Program-made: the position numbers and the translations under genes | Notes under the pieces: generated by a model | Seen by the model: only the letters and a program-made list of their open reading frames with translations | Databases searched by the model: none | Told to the model about the DNA's origin: nothing | Assembly (NCBI GenBank): GCA_964566745.1 | Contig: CAZMLP010000222.1 | Span: 1 to 29,993 of the forward strand | Direction: 5' to 3' | From: an uncultured Verrucomicrobiota bacterium | GTDB lineage: Bacteria > Verrucomicrobiota > Verrucomicrobiia > Limisphaerales > CAZMLP01 | DNA length: 29,993 bases | In this document: piece by piece, positions 16,968 to 26,295 of the stretch | Layout: every line of letters starts with the position of its first letter | How positions within the stretch are numbered: the first letter of the stretch is position 1

Positions 16968-18539
16968 GTGCTTTCGAACACGTTTGATCGTCACGTCAAG
17001 TTCAACCAAATCTTTTGGTTTGGAGTGATCGGTGTCGTTTGTCTTGCGCTTGGCTACCTGCTCGCCTGGGCGTCATGGATGGTGTTCATGACGGCGGCGG
17101 CCGGCTTCTGGCTCATCACGCTTCCCTATCACAGCCGGATTGCCACTTATCTTTCGGTGGCCACGTTCACCTCGGCCCTGATCTTGCCATACTTTCCGGG
17201 GCGGCCCTACATGTGGGAGTTCGCCGGATTGCTCGGCTGGACCGGCATGATAGTCACGGTAAGCCTGCGGCAATACTCGCCCAATTTCGCCAAGCTGGTG
17301 CAGGCCAATATTTGGTTGTTTCTCGGTCTGGCGGGATATTGCGCCGTTCTGCTGGTCACCATGTTCTACCGCGGCATCGGGTTTCGCCTCTTGGGCAATG
17401 AGTTGATGGGCGGCCGATTTTACTTTCAACAACTGATTTGCTCGATCTTTCCGCTGCTCTTCACCATGGTGACCTTGGAGGAAAAAATGGTCTCGCGGCT
17501 CTTTTTCGCGCAATGCATCCTGACCTCCACCTACCTGGTGTCCGACTTTATTTTCTCGATCGCCCCCCAGGCGCTCATCTTCCTGCTCCAGTTCTTTGAG
17601 TTGCCCGGGGACGCGCTCAACTTCGAGGGGCTGGCGCGCAGTCACGGTATTCGCCGCTTCCAGTCACTTTACATCGTCGGCACGGGTGTCATTTACGTGC
17701 TTATGGCCCGCTTTCCGTTGTCCGAGTTTTTCGGGTTTCGCGGGTTGGTTCTCCTGCCGGTGTCACTCGGCGTTTTCGGCATCGGTTTGTTGAGCGGCCA
17801 CCGGTTCCTGTTTTTCATCGTCAGCATGGTCGGGTTGCAAGTCGCTTTCACCCAGCGGTTCATCAATTTCAAAAATGCCATGGTCGGCCTGGTCATGCTC
17901 GGCACGGGGCTGTTTTTCGCCTACGGCTACGCGGATCAAATGCCGCTGGCGGCGCAACGCGCCCTGGCTGTGCTTCCGGGCATCCAGGTGCAATCCGACG
18001 CCCGCGCGGACGGCTTGGCGACGCTCGACGGTCGCGCCATGCTTCGCAGCATTGGCTGGAAAATGGCCCCGGATTACTTCTGGATCGGTCGCGGCTTCGG
18101 CCAGTTCAGCAGCGATTACTCGCTCTATTGGGACCCGTCCGGCATCAATTACCATCTGAACCAGGGCCGCTTCTTCAACGGTTTTATCGGATTACTGGTG
18201 AACACCGGCTTCTTCGGCACTTTGTTCATGCTCATGTTTCTGGCCTCGGGAAGCTGGCTTTCGGTGAAGATCATGGCGCGTGTCCGGCGATTCCGGTATG
18301 AGGACGTTTTCTCACGGGTCTCTTCCCTGCTCGCCGGCTTGTGGGTGGCCAACGTGATCTCGTTTCTGTTCCTGCACGGGGACAGCGAATACGCCATGAA
18401 GACTTTTTCTCTACAGGCCGGTTTGCTGATCACTTGCAATCACCTCCTCGCGCAACGGGAATCCCAACCGGCGGAGGTCCCGCTGGCTTCCGAGCCAGCA
18501 TCTTTGACCGCGCCAGTGGCGGATCCCTCGCCCGCATGA
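16968..18539 (+). CDS. Polytopic O-antigen ligase / polymerase-like (Wzy_C) membrane protein
   Basis: About 10-12 hydrophobic segments; loop GRAMLRSIGWKMAPDYFWIGRGFGQF...FNGFIGLLVNTGFFG; first gene of a glycan cluster. Confidence 0.65.
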   Translation: MLSNTFDRHVKFNQIFWFGVIGVVCLALGYLLAWASWMVFMTAAAGFWLITLPYHSRIATYLSVATFTSALILPYFPGRPYMWEFAGLLGWTGMIVTVSLRQYSPNFAKLVQANIWLFLGLAGYCAVLLVTMFYRGIGFRLLGNELMGGRFYFQQLICSIFPLLFTMVTLEEKMVSRLFFAQCILTSTYLVSDFIFSIAPQALIFLLQFFELPGDALNFEGLARSHGIRRFQSLYIVGTGVIYVLMARFPLSEFFGFRGLVLLPVSLGVFGIGLLSGHRFLFFIVSMVGLQVAFTQRFINFKNAMVGLVMLGTGLFFAYGYADQMPLAAQRALAVLPGIQVQSDARADGLATLDGRAMLRSIGWKMAPDYFWIGRGFGQFSSDYSLYWDPSGINYHLNQGRFFNGFIGLLVNTGFFGTLFMLMFLASGSWLSVKIMARVRRFRYEDVFSRVSSLLAGLWVANVISFLFLHGDSEYAMKTFSLQAGLLITCNHLLAQRESQPAEVPLASEPASLTAPVADPSPA

Positions 18540-18711
18540 CGCCTCTCGCCGGCTTGGCTTGAAGTAATCCCGCCCCAATGGACCGCCCCGAAGTCCCCGG
18601 TCGCTCCTGGCCCGCCAGAATTGGCCACACGCTGGCGTGGTTCTTTTCCGCCACTGGTTTGCGAACGACCAAATCCCCTTTGCAACGGGCTTCCTTCCTT
18701 CGCGACGCGCC

Positions 18712-19821
18712 ATGAGGATTTATCATCTGGTCGGTTCGCAAGAGGATGTCGGCGGTGTGCTGACCGTTATTCGCTCGATTCAGGAGGCCTCGGCAGTCTG
18801 GGGCTGGCAGCATGTGACCGGGGTTCACGACGACTATCGGGAAACCCGCCGGCCCGCCCTCACTTATAAACGCAGTCCTTTTCTCCTCGGGGAATCCCCG
18901 TCTTACCTCAAGATGGTGCGTTCATCGATCCGCGCCTTTCTCGAGTTCAAGCGCGATCCCGACCAGAGCAAGTTCGACGTGCTGCACTTTCATTCGCGCG
19001 GAACCTTGCCGATGGCGGTGCTCACCGCCTCCTGGCTGAAACGCCCGGTGGTCACCACGATTCACTGCCTTCCCAATCAGAAGCGTCTCTATCAATGGGT
19101 CGTGCACCGGCCGCGAGTCCACGCTGTGTGCGTTTCCCGGTTCGTCGCCAGCCATCTGCAATTGGCGGACGATCCACGCGTGCGGGTCATTTCCGCCTGC
19201 TGCCGCGACTCCTTCTTTCAGGGCGATCTGGCCCGGCGGCGTTATGTTCCCGGCGGTTCCGAGCCGCTCAAGCTTGCAAGCATCGGCAACATTGTGCGGT
19301 GGAAGAAATGGGACTTGGCGATCCAAGGCATCGCCGAATTGCCCTCCGAAGATCGCCGCCGTGTCCAGTTCACGTTGTGGGGTCCAACGCAAAGTGACGA
19401 TGATTCCCGGCAGTTTGAACGCGAGATGCGCGAACTGGTTGCGCGGCACAAACTGGAGGGCGCGGTCCATCTTCCCGGCAGCGCCCCCTCGGTGGTGGAG
19501 GCGTTGCGTGAAACGGACTGGGTCATTCATCCCACGTTCCACGAGCCGTGCGCTGTCTCGGTCATCGAGGCGCTGGCCACCGGCGTTCCCGTCTTGCCGC
19601 CCACCGGCGGCGGACCTGTTGAAATCACCGGCCCCGGAAGTCTCTCCTTCACGCCGGACGACCCGCGCGACCTCGCCCGCCAAATTCAGCGCATCCTGAA
19701 GGGCGAATTCAGGGCAAAATCCCCGGCGGACTTGCGCGAGTCCGTCCGCCACCGCTCGGCCACCGGGGTTGCCCGGCAATATGGGGAATTGTATGATTTG
19801 GTGACGCGTCGCCCCTCGTGA
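18712..19821 (+). CDS. Glycosyltransferase family 4
   Basis: MRIYHLV...GGV; SIGNIVRWKKWD; HEPCAVSVIEALATGVPV (EX7E). Confidence 0.88.
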   Translation: MRIYHLVGSQEDVGGVLTVIRSIQEASAVWGWQHVTGVHDDYRETRRPALTYKRSPFLLGESPSYLKMVRSSIRAFLEFKRDPDQSKFDVLHFHSRGTLPMAVLTASWLKRPVVTTIHCLPNQKRLYQWVVHRPRVHAVCVSRFVASHLQLADDPRVRVISACCRDSFFQGDLARRRYVPGGSEPLKLASIGNIVRWKKWDLAIQGIAELPSEDRRRVQFTLWGPTQSDDDSRQFEREMRELVARHKLEGAVHLPGSAPSVVEALRETDWVIHPTFHEPCAVSVIEALATGVPVLPPTGGGPVEITGPGSLSFTPDDPRDLARQIQRILKGEFRAKSPADLRESVRHRSATGVARQYGELYDLVTRRPS

Positions 19822-19839
19822 CGCACGTTCCTTGCGCGC

Positions 19840-21054
19840 ATGAAACTCCTCGTCTTCGCCCACACGCCGCCACCGCATCATGGGCAGAGTTTCATGGTGA
19901 AGATGCTGCTCGATCACCTGCGCGAAGACTCGCGTTTCGAGTGCCATCATGTGGACGCCCGGTTCTCCGACGAGGTGGGCCAGATTGGCCAGGCGAGCCT
20001 TGGTAAAATCAAGCGCGCGCTGAAGTTCTCTCTCGCCGCCATTCGCCTGCGATTTCGTCACCGGGTCACCACTTTTTACTATGTGCCCGCTTCGGCCACC
20101 CGCGCCGCAATGTACCGGGATTGGGTCGTGATGGCGCTCTGCCGCCCGTTTTTCTCCAAATTCATTTTTCACTGGCACTCGGCGGGGTTGGCGGATTGGT
20201 TAATCAATTCCGCGCGTCCCTGGGAACGCGCCATCACCCGTTTCTTATTGCGTCGTCCCGCGCTTTGCATCGTGCTCGCGGAAAATCTGCGCCACGACGC
20301 GGAGTTCCTGAACGCCAGACGTGTCGAGGTCATTCCCAACGGCCTGCCGGATCCTTGCCCTCAGTTCTGGTCCACCCTGGCCCCCGCGCGCCAGGCGCGG
20401 CTGGCGGAGTTGCGCGCACTCATGGCGGGACAACCGGGTTCGGCCTCCCCCTCGACCAGGCCACCCGTTTTTCGCGTGCTCTTTCTCAGCCTGTGCATGC
20501 GGGAGAAGGGCCTGTTCGACGCCGTGGAGGCCATTGCTCTTGCGAATCGCCAGCTCACCGCGAGCGGTCACGCGTTGCGGATGCAACTGATCGTCGCGGG
20601 GAAATTCTATCTTGAAACCGGACGTGTCGAGTTCGAGCAACGCGTCGCGCAACCTGACTTGAACGGCTCGGCTCCAGCGGACGCGCCGGTGGCAAGTTAT
20701 CGCGGGTTTGTTTCCGGCGAAACGAAGGGCGCCTTGTTCCGCGAGGCGGACTGCTTTTGTTTCCCGTCCTACTATCCGATGGAAGGCCATCCTGTGAGTG
20801 TCGTGGAAGCCCTTGCCCACGGTCTTCCCGTCGTGGCCTCGCGTTGGCGCGCGCTGCCGGATTTGTTCCCGGAGAATTATCCCGGGCTGGTGAATCCAAA
20901 GGCTCCGGAAGAGCTCGCGGCCAAGTTGCTCGAGTTCGTGACGCTGGGCGCCGGAGCGGAATTGCGCCGGCGCTACGAGGCGCTATACTGGGAGGCCAGT
21001 TACATTGAGCGCATGAAAGCAGCTCTTTTGCAGGTCGAGCATGAGCGCGCCTGA
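19840..21054 (+). CDS. Glycosyltransferase family 4
   Basis: TPPPHHGQSF; VLFLSLCMREKG; FCFPSYYPMEGHPVSVVEALAHGLPVVASRW (EX7E). Confidence 0.9.
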   Translation: MKLLVFAHTPPPHHGQSFMVKMLLDHLREDSRFECHHVDARFSDEVGQIGQASLGKIKRALKFSLAAIRLRFRHRVTTFYYVPASATRAAMYRDWVVMALCRPFFSKFIFHWHSAGLADWLINSARPWERAITRFLLRRPALCIVLAENLRHDAEFLNARRVEVIPNGLPDPCPQFWSTLAPARQARLAELRALMAGQPGSASPSTRPPVFRVLFLSLCMREKGLFDAVEAIALANRQLTASGHALRMQLIVAGKFYLETGRVEFEQRVAQPDLNGSAPADAPVASYRGFVSGETKGALFREADCFCFPSYYPMEGHPVSVVEALAHGLPVVASRWRALPDLFPENYPGLVNPKAPEELAAKLLEFVTLGAGAELRRRYEALYWEASYIERMKAALLQVEHERA

Positions 21055-22462
21055 CTCCGCCAACGGTTTCTCGCCCGTCGCCTCGCCGTCGCCGGAACGT
21101 GTCGCCGCGTTCACCGGTCCGGACAATTACGCCGATCCGGCCGCAGTGCAATCGGTCGTGAATGCCGCCCTCGCCGCGCTCGAACTGGACCCCGCTTTCA
21201 TCCGCCCCGGCGACCGGGTGGTGCTTAAGCCCAATTGGGTGAAGGAGCACGACGAGCGTCATCCCGGACCAAATCAATGGGAGCACGTTGTCACGCACCC
21301 CGCGGTGATCGAGGCGGTAATCCGGTGGGTCGCCCCAAAACTGGCGGGACGCGGCTCGATCACCATTTGCGACGCGCCGCAGACCGACTCCTCGTTCGCC
21401 AAGTTGCGCGATTATTGCCAGCTTGACGCGATGATCGACCGCTGCCGTCGCGCGTTCCCCGGTCCGGTGATCGCGTTGCTCGATCTGCGCCCCGAGGAGT
21501 GGCACGCCGTCGACGGGGTGACCGTCAGCAAAACCGCGCTGCCCGGCGATCCGCTCGGCAGCACCCACGCGCAACTGAACGAGGCGAGCGAGTTCGTCGG
21601 TTATCACGGTTGCGGCCAGCTTTACGGCGCCAGCTATGACATGGCGGAGACCAACTCGCGCCACGCGGGAACCCGCCACGAGTACATGCTCTGTCGCACG
21701 CCGATGGAAGCCGATGTGCTGATCAACCTGCCCAAGTTGAAGACGCACAAAAAAGTCGGCATCACGTGCGCGCTAAAAAACCTGGTCGGCATCAACGCCA
21801 ACAAGAACTGGCTGCCGCATCACACCGAGGGCACGCCGGATCGCGGTGGCGACCAGTTCCCCGTCGCGACCGCCAAGGCCAGGCTCGAGCACTCGTGGCT
21901 GGGCACAATCAAACGGGGCCTCAAGAACCGCCCCGCGCTCTCGCGCCTGTTCGTGCCGGTGAAAAAAATCGGGCGCGTCATCTTTGGGGACACGCAAAAG
22001 GTGGTGCGCTCCGGCAACTGGCATGGCAACGACACCTGCTGGCGAATGGTGCTGGACTTGAACAAGTGCCTTTTCTTTTTTGATGGCGAGGGTAAACGGC
22101 GCCATCGGCCGATCCGTTACCTCGCGGTGGTCGATGGAATTGTGGGTGGCGAGGGCAACGGCCCGATGGCGCCGGACCGCAAGCCGTGCGGCGTGATCAT
22201 CGCCGGCACGCATCCGCTGGCGGTCGATTCTGTCGCCGCCACATTGATGGGCTTCGACTGGCGGCGCATTCGCATGTTGAATCACGCCTTCGCCATGCGC
22301 GCCCTGAACTTCGCGCCATTCGCCGCGAGTGACATCACCGTGCTCTCCAGCAAACCCGCCTGGCAGGGAAAACTCGAGGCCCTCGGCGAGACGTTTCAGT
22401 TTCGCCCGCACTTCGGCTGGACTGGCGCGATCGAAAACCCGCGCAAGGCGCTCGCGGTCTGA
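21041..22462 (+). CDS. DUF362-domain protein
   Basis: GDRVVLKPNWV, THPAVIEAV, INLPKLKTHKKVGITCALKNLVG, VVDGIVGGEGNGP, GTHPLAVDSVAATLMGFD. Confidence 0.88.
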   Translation: MSAPDSANGFSPVASPSPERVAAFTGPDNYADPAAVQSVVNAALAALELDPAFIRPGDRVVLKPNWVKEHDERHPGPNQWEHVVTHPAVIEAVIRWVAPKLAGRGSITICDAPQTDSSFAKLRDYCQLDAMIDRCRRAFPGPVIALLDLRPEEWHAVDGVTVSKTALPGDPLGSTHAQLNEASEFVGYHGCGQLYGASYDMAETNSRHAGTRHEYMLCRTPMEADVLINLPKLKTHKKVGITCALKNLVGINANKNWLPHHTEGTPDRGGDQFPVATAKARLEHSWLGTIKRGLKNRPALSRLFVPVKKIGRVIFGDTQKVVRSGNWHGNDTCWRMVLDLNKCLFFFDGEGKRRHRPIRYLAVVDGIVGGEGNGPMAPDRKPCGVIIAGTHPLAVDSVAATLMGFDWRRIRMLNHAFAMRALNFAPFAASDITVLSSKPAWQGKLEALGETFQFRPHFGWTGAIENPRKALAV

Positions 22463-22648
22463 TTGCTGCCGGTCACCGCGGAGTCGCGGAGACGGCGGGT
22501 GCGGGCACTTGTGATCTGGAAACACAAGATTTCAGTCATTGAACCCCGTCTTCGCATCCCGGCGGCTTTTCATTGGGGCCATTTGCGGAAAACGTGTCGC
22601 TTTTCACTTCTGTTTTCCCAAAGATCGCCCCACGACGTTCGCCCGAAA

Positions 22649-24046
22649 ATGAGTCTCGAAGACACGCTTTATCCGCTGCTCTCGGTTTACGAGCGGATGC
22701 CGCGCGGCCTGAAGCACGCGCTCGGCGCGGCGTATCGCCGGCTGCCGGCCGGATGGCGTTTCGGCGCGCGTTACGGCGAGTTTCGGCAACTCACGGAGGA
22801 GGTCGAGTCGTGGTCCGTCGAGCAAATCCGCGAGTATCAATTCAAGCAACTGCGCGCCTCGCTGGCCCGGGCTGAGAACGATTGCCCCTTCTACCAGCGC
22901 CGCTTTGCCCAGGCGCAATTTCAGACCTACAAGCTCAAGAGCATTGAGGAATTGAGCCAGTGTCCAATGCTCACCAAGCAAGACGTGGTGGAGAACCTGC
23001 CCGACATGGTCTCGACCGCGCTGCCGAAAAAGCAGCGCCTCTACATCACGACCGGGGGATCGACTGGCGTGCCGGTCGGCTTTTATTTACAGCGCGGAGT
23101 GAGCCGACCAAAGGAACAGGCGTTTCTCGAGGCGCAGTGGAAACGCGGTGGTTACTTCGACGGCGCGCGGCTCGTCGTGATTCGCGGCCATGTCACGAGC
23201 GATCGCGCGGGCGGCCCCATCGCCAGCTACGACGCCACGCGTGACTGGCTCATGCTTTCCTCGTATCACCTCACCGCCGAGCGCCTGCCGGAATACGTAG
23301 AGGCGATGGAGCAATTTAAGCCGGACCTGCTTCATATCTATCCCAGCGCCGCGCTTCAAATCGCCGAGTTTCTCGAACGAGCCGGGCAAGTTTGGCGGCT
23401 GCCGTTGCGGGGCATTTTGTGCGGTTCCGAGCGCCTTGCGCTGCCGCAGAAGCGTTTGCTTGAACGCGTCTTCAAATGCCGGGTCTATCGTTGGTATGGC
23501 CATTCCGAGCGCGTGGTGCTCGCAGCCGAGGGCCGCCACTCGGACCTGTTCTATTTCTGGCCGGTGTATGGCCTGGTTGAATTCGGCCCGCCGGACGAGG
23601 AAGGATTGCGCGAAGTGATCGGCACGTCGTTCCATAATCACGTGATGCCGTTGATTCGCTATCGCACCGGCGACTACGTTCGCCTTGCCGATCCGAAACG
23701 CGACGGCGATTTGGAGTTTCCCTGGCCGGCGGCGGTCGAGATTGCCGGGCGCGAGCAGGAATTTTTGGTGAGTGCCACCGGCCGGCGAATCTCGCTCACG
23801 GCGTTCAACATGCACGACGCGATTTTTGACAACCTCTACGCGGTGCAGTTCCATCAGGAGGAACCGGGCGTGGCGGAGTTTCGGTACGTGCCCGGGCCCG
23901 GGTTTCAGCGCTCGCGCCTCGAGACCATCGAGGCGGGCATCCGCCGCAAGCTTGGTGACGACTTTCGCGTCACGTTGCGCGAGGTGCGCGAAACAGAAAA
24001 AACCGCGCGCGGCAAGCACCGCTGGCTGGTAAGCAAGATTGCCTAA
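22649..24046 (+). CDS. Phenylacetate-CoA-ligase-like (CapK-type) adenylate-forming protein
   Basis: PMLTKQDV, ITTGGSTGVP, RWYGHSE, TSFHNHVMPLIRYRTGD, IAGREQE; start set at MSLEDT (ATG 22649). Confidence 0.85.
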   Translation: MSLEDTLYPLLSVYERMPRGLKHALGAAYRRLPAGWRFGARYGEFRQLTEEVESWSVEQIREYQFKQLRASLARAENDCPFYQRRFAQAQFQTYKLKSIEELSQCPMLTKQDVVENLPDMVSTALPKKQRLYITTGGSTGVPVGFYLQRGVSRPKEQAFLEAQWKRGGYFDGARLVVIRGHVTSDRAGGPIASYDATRDWLMLSSYHLTAERLPEYVEAMEQFKPDLLHIYPSAALQIAEFLERAGQVWRLPLRGILCGSERLALPQKRLLERVFKCRVYRWYGHSERVVLAAEGRHSDLFYFWPVYGLVEFGPPDEEGLREVIGTSFHNHVMPLIRYRTGDYVRLADPKRDGDLEFPWPAAVEIAGREQEFLVSATGRRISLTAFNMHDAIFDNLYAVQFHQEEPGVAEFRYVPGPGFQRSRLETIEAGIRRKLGDDFRVTLREVRETEKTARGKHRWLVSKIA

Positions 24047-24048
24047 TT

Positions 24049-26292
24049 GTGAAACAGATCGCCCAATACCAGGACGGCCGGCTGGAGTTGCAGGAAGTCC
24101 CGCTGCCGGTCGTGCCACCCGGCGGAATTCTTGTGCGCGCGACGCACTCGGTCATCAGCGTCGGCACGGAGAAAATGAAGGTCGAGCAGGCAAAGATGAA
24201 CCTGCTGCAAAAGGCCCGCGCGCGCCCCGACCAGGTGCGCAAGGTCCTCGACTCGGCCCGCACACTCGGCTGGAAGGCCGCGCTCGAAAAAGTCCGCAAC
24301 CGCCTTGAGTCGCCCTCGCCGCTCGGTTACAGCGCGGCGGGAATCGTCGCGGCGGTGGACCCGGCGAACACTCGTTTCCGCGTGGGGGACAATGTCGCGG
24401 TGGGCGGAGCCGAGTGCGCGTTTCACGCCGAATGGATCGCCGTGCCGGACATGCTCGCGGCTCCGGTGCCAACGGGTGTCCCCAACTGGCAGGCTGCTTA
24501 CACCACCATCGCCAGCATCGCGCTGCAAACGGTGCGCCAGCTTGAACCAACGCTTGGCGAGCGTGTGCTGGTGATGGGGCAAGGCCTGGTGGGACTGCTC
24601 GTCACCTCGCTTCTGCGCGCGAACGGCGTGCGGGTGATGGCGGTGGACATTGCCGCCGGTCGCAAGTCCTACGCCGAGGCGATGGGCGCGGAGCAAGTCG
24701 TCATTCTCGGCCCGCAAAATCTCGCGAACGAGGTGCGCGCGTGGACGGAGGGTTATGGCGTGGACGCCGTGGTGCTCTGCACGGCGACGGCCAGCAACGC
24801 GCCAATCGAGCAATCCGCCGACGCCCTGCGCGACCGGGGCCGCATCGTGATCGTCGGGAACACCAAGGCCGACCTTGCGTGGAAGACGTTTTACGAGAAG
24901 GAACTCGACGTCCGCTACAGCCGCTCGTACGGCCCCGGGCGTTACGATCCTTCCTACGAGTGGGGCGGCGCGGATTACCCGCTGAACTACGTGCGCTGGA
25001 CCGAGCAGCGGAACTTCGAGGCCTGCCTTCACTTGATGAAGACCGGCCAGCTCGATCTCGCTGCCATCACCACCCGGCGCGTCCCCTTTACGAGCGCGTT
25101 GGAGGTTTACAAAGATCTGCTCGCGGAGGGAAACCGCGATGTTGGCGTGGTGCTTGAATATCCGGTCCCGCGCGCGCCGGTGGGGGGAGAAAAACCTCCC
25201 GTTCTGGGCGAAGCTGCTTCGCCTGTCATCAGCCCCGCTCCGGCGCAGGCCGAGGCCCCCGCGACCCCACCGCCGCCCAAAGTCCCGCCGCAAAAACTGG
25301 CGCAGCGCGCCGTGCGGCTCGACGTCATCGGCGCCGGCAATTTTGCGCGCACGATGTTGCTGCCGCACCTGAAGGACAAGCTTCACTTCGGCACCATTGT
25401 CAACCAAACCGCCCTCAGCGCGAATCATGTGAGGACGAAGTTTGGTTTCGCCGAGGCGCTGACCGATTACAGTCTCCTGTTCCAACGCGCGGGCGCGCCC
25501 GCCGTGCCGGATTCCGGCATCGCCCTGGTGGTGGCGACACGTCATCACCTCCACGCGCCGATTGTAAAACGCGCGCTCGAGTTGAATCGCCACATCTTTG
25601 TTGAAAAACCACTGTGCCTCACGCGCGAGGAACTGGTGGAAATCGACACCGTTCAGGCGAAATCTCAAGGCTCGGTTCAAGTTGGTTTCAACCGCCGTTT
25701 CGCCGGGGCCAGTATCGAGCTGCGAAAACTGCTTGCGAACACCCCCGGACCCAAGAGCGCGAGCTATCGCGTAATGGCGGGCAAGCTCGATCCAGTTCAT
25801 TGGTATGCGAACTATGCCGAGAGCGGCGGTCGCGTGCTGGGCGAGGCGTGCCATTTCCTCGATTATTTCTGCTTCCTGTTCGATTCAAAGCCAACGCGCG
25901 TCAGCGCGCAAACCGTCTGGCCCGCGACCGGCCGGCTGCCGTTCCCGGACAGCGTCACCGCGCAGGTCGAGTTCGCGGACGGCTCATCCGGCCAGTTAAT
26001 CTACACTGCCGAGGGCGACACGAGCTGGCCAAAGGAACTTTGCACGGTGTACGGCGCCGGGTTCGTGGCGGAAATCGAGAATTTCCAGTCATTGGTGATT
26101 CATAAGGGACGCCGCGCCAAAAAGCACAAATACGGTGGCAAGGGCCACGCCGAGCAAATGGCGGCCTGGCTGGCGTTCTTGCAGGGCGAGGCGGCGCATC
26201 CGTTCCCGTATGAGCAAACACGCGCCAGCATGCGGCTCACCTTCGCGGTTTTGGAGTCAATCCAGACCGGCAAAGCAGTGGAGTTAGCATAA
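24049..26292 (+). CDS. Bi-domain oxidoreductase (Zn-ADH/MDR domain plus Gfo/Idh/MocA domain)
   Basis: HSVISVGTEK, PLGYSAAG, GQGLVGLL, SRSYGPGRYDPSYE, RWTEQRN; Pro/Ala linker; IGAGNFA, TRHHLHA, HIFVEKPL, VGFNRRF, GEACHFLD. Confidence 0.92.
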   Translation: MKQIAQYQDGRLELQEVPLPVVPPGGILVRATHSVISVGTEKMKVEQAKMNLLQKARARPDQVRKVLDSARTLGWKAALEKVRNRLESPSPLGYSAAGIVAAVDPANTRFRVGDNVAVGGAECAFHAEWIAVPDMLAAPVPTGVPNWQAAYTTIASIALQTVRQLEPTLGERVLVMGQGLVGLLVTSLLRANGVRVMAVDIAAGRKSYAEAMGAEQVVILGPQNLANEVRAWTEGYGVDAVVLCTATASNAPIEQSADALRDRGRIVIVGNTKADLAWKTFYEKELDVRYSRSYGPGRYDPSYEWGGADYPLNYVRWTEQRNFEACLHLMKTGQLDLAAITTRRVPFTSALEVYKDLLAEGNRDVGVVLEYPVPRAPVGGEKPPVLGEAASPVISPAPAQAEAPATPPPPKVPPQKLAQRAVRLDVIGAGNFARTMLLPHLKDKLHFGTIVNQTALSANHVRTKFGFAEALTDYSLLFQRAGAPAVPDSGIALVVATRHHLHAPIVKRALELNRHIFVEKPLCLTREELVEIDTVQAKSQGSVQVGFNRRFAGASIELRKLLANTPGPKSASYRVMAGKLDPVHWYANYAESGGRVLGEACHFLDYFCFLFDSKPTRVSAQTVWPATGRLPFPDSVTAQVEFADGSSGQLIYTAEGDTSWPKELCTVYGAGFVAEIENFQSLVIHKGRRAKKHKYGGKGHAEQMAAWLAFLQGEAAHPFPYEQTRASMRLTFAVLESIQTGKAVELA

Positions 26293-26295
26293 TCC

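Noticed and set aside
25160-25300. Pro/Ala-rich low-complexity stretch as a repeat element
   Set aside because: In-frame interdomain linker of the oxidoreductase with no nucleotide-level repeat unit
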